From Lingula anatina (Eukaryota; Animalia; Brachiopoda): a DNA stretch of 64,000 bases. The translations under genes and the position numbers were made by a program. Below the pieces are notes generated by a model. The model searched no databases. It was given only the letters and a program-made list of their open reading frames with translations, and was not told the DNA's origin. This document shows, one piece after another, positions 53,650-64,000 of this stretch. Each line of letters opens with the position of its first letter. Within the stretch, counting starts at the first letter, position 1. The DNA is taken from the NCBI GenBank assembly GCA_051362555.1, contig CM120640.1:50694788-50758787 (forward strand), read 5' to 3'.

Positions 53650-54170
53650 TTGCCGGAAACTATTCGGCTTCTTTCGTGAATGTTCGTGTTCCATTTAAGG
53701 AAGTTTCCGTAAGCTCATTTGCTTAATAAAGCAGCATAATTGATTGGACGTGCCATATATGGAAGAGAAACTTCCGACTACATTATGCAGATCACATGAC
53801 GTAGGTCATTGCGGTATGCGCTTCCCTTCCATATATGGGACTTCCGAGCTGGTTCAAAGGGCAAAGCAAATTTATCTGCTCATGTAGAACTGCGCTTTTA
53901 CTTATTTTGCTTAATATATATTTTTTTCGACAAATTAAATAGAGAGAAGATAGACATGGTGGAGGAGAAGAAGTTCCGTCTACATTACATGCACATGCAT
54001 ATTAATTATTGGTAATCTACCTTTAAGACACTTACGAGAATGTCAGGGGAATGTTGAATGAAAGTATAGTAATCTTTTATTTATATTGACGTCAATACTA
54101 CGTCACCGTCCATTGATAGCAGAAGGCTTTTGATTGGTCAGAGCTTCCGGCGCATACCATATATGGTAAC
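53650..54170 (+). promoter_or_regulatory. EGR immediate-early promoter: four CArG boxes with adjacent ETS sites, CRE and CCAAT
   Basis: CCATTTAAGG 53691-53700; CCATATATGG at 53753, 53829 and 54157; each lies next to (A/G)CTTCCG or TTTCCG. TGACGTCA at 54087-54094; ATTGG at ~53743 and ~54133. Confidence 0.85.
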
Positions 54171-54379
54171 AGATATAGTGAAGCAAATTCATTCATAAAT
54201 TCGTTCGGCAAAGATCGTCGTGAATTCGCTTAGACGATCGGCGAGGAGAAACATCAAGACCACAGCATACAAACTGGACTCAGAAAAGTAAACAACCTCA
54301 GCCATAAAGGTGACATAGTCTCACCCACGTGAGGACATACACCTATTATAATCGTGGAAGCTACCAAGGATTCATTACT

Positions 54380-56937
<2,558 letters not shown>

Positions 56938-57690
56938 ACAGTAAAATAATCTGTCACTCATAAGTCTGGGTGGATAAATTCAGCACTTAATTTAAAGTCA
57001 ATTTTATAAACTGATTATCAGCTAAAAGTCACTGATCATCTCAGATATTCTAGATGTTCATTGTTAGTCAATTCAGCATGCCATTAGCTTTTTAACTTGA
57101 TATTTTATTCATATATGTATATACGTGTTGCAATGTGCCACAAACATGATGTATTTGTAAAATCTAATATCAAATAGTAAGTTACCTGAGGACCATCCGA
57201 TTTCGTAGAATGCCACGTAAGCTGTCTGTATTGTTGTTAAACGACATTTGGATGACGGTAGTTATAGGTGATTTGCTGTTGTAATTGAGTTTCTAAGCTG
57301 AGCTCTGATCATTTGGTATGACGCAGATGAAACCAAATAGCGTGAGCTAGGCTTCATTACAATGAGAGGTCTATACCGTCAAGTGGAGAAAATCGGAAGG
57401 ATTTTAATTACGAATACAAATTATTTTTCTACTATATTGAATATGATTTCTGTGCTCAAAATGTCAGTGGTATATGTTTATATGTAATATGTCATGGAGA
57501 TGTGATATTTTGTTATGTCTTTTTATACATGTGTCTTGACTGCGCTGTAAATTTTTCTTTGTTAATGGTAATATATATATTTTGCCAGTTGAAATTTTAT
57601 TTTCGTTACATGGATTCAATACCAAAGTTCTTGCTGGCAAAGAATGGTGATCTTGTACAGTGTTATTTGTCATTAAATATATTTAACTAT

Positions 57691-57696
57691 AATAAA
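57691..57696 (+). terminator. Probable EGR polyadenylation signal
   Basis: AATAAA ~750 bp after the stop, following an AU-rich region and followed by a T-rich tract. Confidence 0.5.
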
Positions 57697-58370
57697 GTTC
57701 CAAAATGATTACGGTCTTTTTTCTTCTCATTCATACGTGGCGATCGCAAGTAAAAGCCTATTTACGGTAAACAGGCAGAATACAACGACCTAATACGATT
57801 TATATAAAAAATCTTTGATATTTCCCAAAACTCACAACTCTCCTATAATTCCTTCTCAGGCAGCAGTCTGGCAACAGGTTGCTCGCATAAACCAAATAGG
57901 GAATCCCTATGTCTGGATTTGTAAACAAAATTCGAGGTCAGTAGTGACGTCTAACTCGCGTCATAGAGTCCTGGAATGCTTGAGGTTAATTTAAGCTTTA
58001 GTATAGAGGCTGCTGAACCGCAGCTAAATATAGACGCGGCATCTGGAAAGAAAACTAGTTTGTTAATGTCTTCGCCCGACTGTCAGTGGTATGCCATAAG
58101 CATAAATAATATGACCCAAGCATCTGCGGTGGATAAAGCAGGTGAAAACAAACAATTATATGGTTATACGGTACAGACGAGTTTTTATAAATTACCTTCA
58201 AGGAAAATTTTAAAAAAGAGAAACTTTAGATGAATGATTTGTTTTCAAAGGATAACAGGACTATTCTGAAATATTTAATTCCAACATTTTTCTATTTTTT
58301 ATCATCATTTTTAAGTCGGCCATTATAAAATTATTCTCTACTGGAGAGTTACTGCTCTGGTCTGGTCTCA

Positions 58371-59612
58371 AAAAACAAGGCAGCACAGCTGTCAAATGTA
58401 CAGATATTAAGAAAGAAAAATAATCCAGTCAAGCTGATTTGCCAGTTTCAACTGTATATCAATGATTCTTGTTAGTTACAAAATATTAATAATAAACACA
58501 TTTTTCCTTTTAGGGCATTTGTAGTGGCAGTACACAAAAAGTTCTTTTATCAATTTTAATGCAATATTACATAATGCTTAACAGCATGACCACCGCCAAT
58601 TTTTATAATATACTTTAAGTAACATGGATATTCAGAAAAGGTGACTAGCAAAGGTCTTCAAGTCCATGGAAGTTCAAAGTAATACCTTGAAAATGTGAAG
58701 AATTAACATTTCACTAAAAATGGCATCACTTTCAAAAAAGAATCCACTTAGGCTGTTTTTCCAACAAGAGCATGGTTTTAGTCCTATCATTCTTTTCCAT
58801 AAGATTGAGAAAAAAAAAGAAAAAAAAAACAGAATTACTTCAAAAAAATAAATGGATCGAGCTAATTTTCGCACTTGACCTGTATAATAAACCTATGAAT
58901 CAGTTCTGAAAGTTTTTGACAAAAGGTAAAGCGATTTTCTTTTTATTTGTTTTATGGAGGATAAAATATGCTGAAAAAAAAACAGCATAACTTTTGGAAA
59001 AATGGTCCGATCAGGCTGATTTTCGAACTTGACCTGTGCTTAATGAATATTCATCAGTCCTGCATGTTTGAAGACAAAAGGTAGAATGGTTTTCATTTTA
59101 TTTGTATAACGGTGGCTTAAATATTCTGAAAATAGCAAAAAAAAAAATGCATAACAGAAAATGGTCCGATCAAGCTGATTTTTAAAGTCGACCTGTGTTT
59201 TCCTTATCTTGATCATTCCTGTAGGTTTCAAGACAATAGACCTATTGGTTTTCCTTAAAATGTGTTATCAGTGTTGCATATATGCTGAAAAAAAAACTGT
59301 ATTTTATGAATATTCATCAGTTCTGAGAGTTTGAGGACAAAAAGTAAAATAATTTCCATTTTATTTGCATAACAGTGGCTAAAATATGCTGAAAAAAGAA
59401 CAGCATAACTTTTGAAAAAATGGTCCGATCAAGCTGATTTTCAAAGTTGACTTGTATTTTATGAATATTCATCAGTTCTGTAAATTTGAAGACAAAAGGT
59501 CAAACCATTTTCCACTTATTGCTATAAAACTTAAAAAGTCCACAGCGACAACTACAGCAAAGACAGACACAGGTGACAGCTACACGTATAGACACGTGTC
59601 TGTACATAAAAA
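58371..59612 (-). mobile_element. Second, more diverged copy of the HINE-like element between EGR and ADO
   Basis: Ends are reverse complements of the 37000 and 39865 ends (gtgtctgtacataaaaa; aaaaacaaggcagcacagctgtcaaatgtacag); internal gctgattttc.aacttgacctg tandem cores. Confidence 0.75.
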
Positions 59613-61114
59613 ATAACTTAAACATTGGTTGGCTGGAGACTTGGTCCAAAACATATTTTTATAACTGTATACGATTTGGGTTAAAAATTGGACAGAGTTC
59701 CTTAGCTTCCTTCTAAAGCCTCTGATATACTTGGTAGAAATCAAGGTAAGCAAATATAAAAACAGAAGTAACAGGCAAGAATAACAACATAAACGAAAAT
59801 GAAACCTTGAGGTTTTACTTTTGTCACTTTTATTTCAATACTTAAAGAGTTGATCAGTCATCACCAACATGGTGTAAGTTTAATCATTCATTGATAACAA
59901 ATTTCCAATAATAAAAGTATTTGTTAAGAGTCAATGTTCCGCATATCTCAACTGATTTTCAAAGAATTGAGGACCATATTTATAATCCTTTTTAAACAAT
60001 CAGATACGAGAACGGAAAAAAGCAATTAAAATGAAGTTACCCTTTTTTTTAAAGAAAAACAACATATATCTGAGGTATGTTAGGTCAAGAGACATAACAG
60101 ACTGTTGGAAGTCAAGAGATAGTGCAAGCTTTCAGGTGAAGGCACAGTTGTAATAATTATATATACTATATAGTATCAATGCAGTCTTCAGAGTTTTAGT
60201 TCATATCACTGTAACACTGAAATTATCAGCATCATCTTCACCAATTCCAAATTAGTTTCTGTAAATACAAACTTGGAAATGAAAATGAAAACCTAACTGA
60301 GATGCATCTTCTGTCCCCTTTTTAACAATCTTACACATATTTCAAGCAGTGTATGCTTAGTGTTCATTAGCCACATGGATTACTTAACATGTGAGCTGAC
60401 ATTTTCAATGTTGCTAGTTTATTCTCTCGAGTATACAATCCCCAAACACCATGAAGCCTCCTGTATCTATTATGTCAATTATAGTAATATTTTTTATGAG
60501 CAAGAAATACAAATACAGCTAAATCACAGCATATTAATAGGTAAAATTGAAAATCATACTAAATGAATGTCATAATGTCCTCCCTGCAATGGGGCCTCAC
60601 ATATCTCAGTAGCCTTAATTAATATATAATAGAATACAAATCACAATACAACATTATACAAACTAAAATGGCCTTCATGGCCATTACATTCTCCATAAAA
60701 GGTTCCCTGAATATATTGTACCATCATCACTTTCAGAGGTTATATAAACTATGTCAGTAAGTTTATTTGGATGCCTGATAGACCAATTTTTTAAATAATG
60801 TTAGCTTTGATGAGATTTGTTTAGGCTTTGCACATCCATAAATATTTGGTAATGATCTCTAACAAGATCAGCTAAACAAATTTTCTTTTCCTTTTGGCAA
60901 ATGAGTGTTTCTCATATGAAATATACATTTCTTTTGAAATGGAATGAAATGTTTGTTAGAATTTTGAATAGCATTAACATGTATTTTAAATGTGGTCAAT
61001 GCCAGAGCATTCTGCATGAAGGTCACCATAGTAAACATTGAGATTGACATCAGTGTTCAATTTTGTTCGGGATTTCAATATATACATTTTGTTTGGCATA
61101 GCTGGTTCAAGAAT

Positions 61115-61870
61115 TCAAAATGAATCCATGTCAATTGCAATGCGTGGCCCCTTGTATTTGGCAGAAGCTGTCCAGTAATCAGAGGGCTGCGGGATCTCCA
61201 GAAGCCAACATATGTCATTCTGTATCCCGCTTCCTGTGACATCTTTCTCTATATTTAGTTCCTTGTAGTAATGACACACCCTTGCTCCAGTGTCATGGTC
61301 ATAGGGTGGAGACAGTATATCTACAAAAGCCATGGGCCCGTTAACAGCCTCAATATAGTGCAAATTTCCTTCCTCAGGCCCAAGCTCACAAACACTATCA
61401 GAATCCACCACTGTGTCTGAATGGAGTTTAACTGGTATTATTCTGTCCCTGTGCCATGGTTTTACCGAACTATTTAGTTCCATTTCCTTTGGAAAGGGAA
61501 TATCTTCCTTTGGGACAGACGTGAAACTCTTTATCTTGCCCTGTCCATGAATCACTTTAATGAGGCCATGCATATCGGGATGATCGTGCAATGGCAAACT
61601 TGCACCATGGCGGATAACAAAAATTCCAATACTAAGTATTCTATCCTCGTAAATATGCACGTAGGTAACTGGTGCTCCTCGGGTTTCCGGCCTATAAACA
61701 TCCCGATTTTCAACTAAACGCTCCTCAAAATTTAGGTCGGATGCATTTAAAGTCTGAAGGACACCCTTAAGATCCGCTATATTCTCCTTTAACGCAACTT
61801 TACTGGAGATATCAAGGAAAGTTTTCCTCGCCAGGTGCCCTATCCTCTGGACGACATTCGCCATATTCAT
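61115..61870 (-). CDS. ADO: 2-aminoethanethiol (cysteamine) dioxygenase, single coding exon, 251 aa
   Basis: PCO/ADO cupin motifs APVTYVHIYE, PLHDHPDMHG, GNLH and DILSPPY; uninterrupted ORF. Confidence 0.95.
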   Translation of the reverse strand: MNMANVVQRIGHLARKTFLDISSKVALKENIADLKGVLQTLNASDLNFEERLVENRDVYRPETRGAPVTYVHIYEDRILSIGIFVIRHGASLPLHDHPDMHGLIKVIHGQGKIKSFTSVPKEDIPFPKEMELNSSVKPWHRDRIIPVKLHSDTVVDSDSVCELGPEEGNLHYIEAVNGPMAFVDILSPPYDHDTGARVCHYYKELNIEKDVTGSGIQNDICWLLEIPQPSDYWTASAKYKGPRIAIDMDSF

Positions 61871-62810
61871 TTGTTTGTTTGCTCACGTGGTACAGGCTGG
61901 GAAAGGTGACGTCTCTGGAAGAGTAAGGGATGTTGGGTCATGTCAAATGATTATGGCTATTTAAAATATATTTTATGTACTTTTAAAGTGAGTAGTAATT
62001 AGTCTCCTCATAAAGCCAAGATTTTGTTCTAGAACGATTCATCCGGGTGCGGGATTATATTGACCTTCACCTTCCTTCACTGAGTGTAAACAGGAAAGCA
62101 GTTTTAAATGAGTTAATTGGTAGGTAAATTATCTTTTACTTATTTGCATAAGATCTACAGTGCATACGTAACTACTGTTTATTCTACCTAGAAGTCTTAT
62201 ACACGCTGAAGTCTTTGATTTTTCTAAATCCATTTATTTGGTGGCTTTGATCAATGGCAATGCATCTGTTATTCAAATAAATTAGTTTTAATTAACTTTT
62301 ACTAGTTTTAGTATTTACTTGATTTTTCATTGTTCAACCCTTAGTACGTTATAAAAACAAAACAGTGTTAGCGGAAGTTGGTGAATTTGCTAACAATGTT
62401 CAATAACAATGGTATGAAACCTCTCTTAACACAGTTAAGGGCTAGAATATGGGCATTTCTAAATATTAATTACATCACATATAGATGACCTAATTGATGA
62501 AATTAAATCATGTTACACGTCAGAATTAAAATTACATTAATACTATTAGGGTATAGGATATGAATGTTTCTGGATGTTAATTTCATCACTTTAACATAAA
62601 TAAGATGATGGAATTTATAAATTTAAATTACAACACAGGCTTATTATGAAAGCATAACAAAATTTATAGATCTACAATAGTCAAGTGAAATTTACAGTTT
62701 TACCATGAAATTTTGTTTTAAGAAATATAAAACAAAAATTTAAATACAAAATTATTGTCTAACATAATTCATTATTCTAATTGTACATTAATTGCAATAA
62801 TAAAAGGGAA

Positions 62811-63745
62811 ATCATCATCATCATCATCATTTAGAGCCTATAATGTTCCACTGTTGGACAAAGGCCTTAGCTGCAGCATGCTTTTTCCATTGTTTCCTAT
62901 CCTGAGCCTCAGATTTCCAGTTTGGCCAAGGTTTCTTCTTCCAAGACTTCCAGTAGTCATCTAATTCATCCCTCCATCGTTTGACCGGCCTTCCTCTTTT
63001 TCTTTGTCCATACCTTGGGGTCTATTCTGTAAGCCTGATTGTCCACCTATTGTCCTTCATTCTTTTGACATGTCCTGCCCACCTCCATTTAATTTCTTTA
63101 ACTGTGAGCAGTACGTCCTTAACTTTGGTCTGTTCACATAACCATACATTCGTTTTCCGCTCTCTTGGACTGATGTTCAACATAATTCTTTCCATCTTTC
63201 TCTGAGCTACTTGTAGCTTGTGTTCCATGGAGGCATTCAGTGCCCAGGTCTCTGAACCATAGGTGATTGCCGGCAGCACACAAGCATTGAACACTTTCTT
63301 TTTCAGGCAGGTAGGAAGGTTGCTCTTGAAGATGTCATTGTGCTTCTCATGTGCTGCCCATCCTGCTTATATCCTTCGTTGGATTTCTTTCTCCAGTGTT
63401 CGATCACTTAGGCTGAACCGTTGCCCAAGGTATATATGCTCTTCTACTGCTTCTATCTCTTTTGTGTTGACCTTCACTGTGCAAGGGGTGGTTAGTGGTC
63501 CAAACATCACCTTTGTCTTGCTGGTGTTCATCTTTAGCCCACTTTTTGCGCTTTCATCTGCTAACGCCTGTAGCATTTCTTCAAGGTCTTTTGCATCATC
63601 TGCTACTATTATGTCGTCTGCAAACCTAAGGTGATTGAGCCTGGTACTGTCTATGTTTATGCCCTTGTCCTGCCAGTCTAGATCCCTGAATATACGTTCC
63701 AATGCTGCTGTGAACAGTTTAGGAGAGATTGTATCTCCTCTGTCG
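62811..63745 (-). mobile_element. 5'-truncated, decayed RTE-clade LINE
   Basis: Minus-strand translation GDTISPKLFTA..GINI..LNHLRFADDI, YLGQ, VLPAITYGSETW, KWRWAGHV. Has internal stops and a (TGA)n tail at 62811-62830. Confidence 0.9.
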
Positions 63746-64000
63746 GTGCATTGGCCTGGGCGTGACGCTTGTTGAAACGCACACTTGTCAAAAATTTTGA
63801 AAAATCAATGCTAAATATATCCCAAACTGAAGGAATTATGGGAAAAATTTCTATAGATGACTGACCGAAAATCAGATGTGGAGATTTCAAATATGCTCTC
63901 GGAAAAGGGAAATATGAAGGCCAAATTTCATGTACTGTCACATCTTATATGGTATAGCTTTAATATACTAGCTTGACACAAATCACAATTTGATCTTTAA

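Overview
AT-rich animal genomic DNA, most likely a lophotrochozoan invertebrate; the taxon is inferred from repeat types and proteins and is not proven. Left third (about 600-20300): a tandem array of four minus-strand, 3-exon, 332-aa glass-like C2H2 zinc-finger genes. Three copies sit in a near-identical ~5.8-kb tandem unit and one is older and diverged. The spacers between them are built from a repeated, motif-dense non-coding module. The rest is a compact cluster whose spliced models I rebuilt by hand, with all reading frames closing: RNF103 (+), NRBF2 (-), a PEBP4-like secreted PEBP (+, 13-kb intron, mostly missed by the ORF track), EGR (+, promoter rich in SRE/ETS/CRE sites) and ADO (-). 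The most notable signal is that this gene order and orientation combines the neighbours of separate vertebrate EGR paralogues (ADO-EGR2-NRBF2; PEBP4-EGR3). This suggests an intact ancestral Egr microsyntenic or regulatory block. Interspersed elements include PIF/Harbinger-type MITEs, Helentron/HINE-like elements, and decayed CR1/L2-like and RTE LINE fragments.
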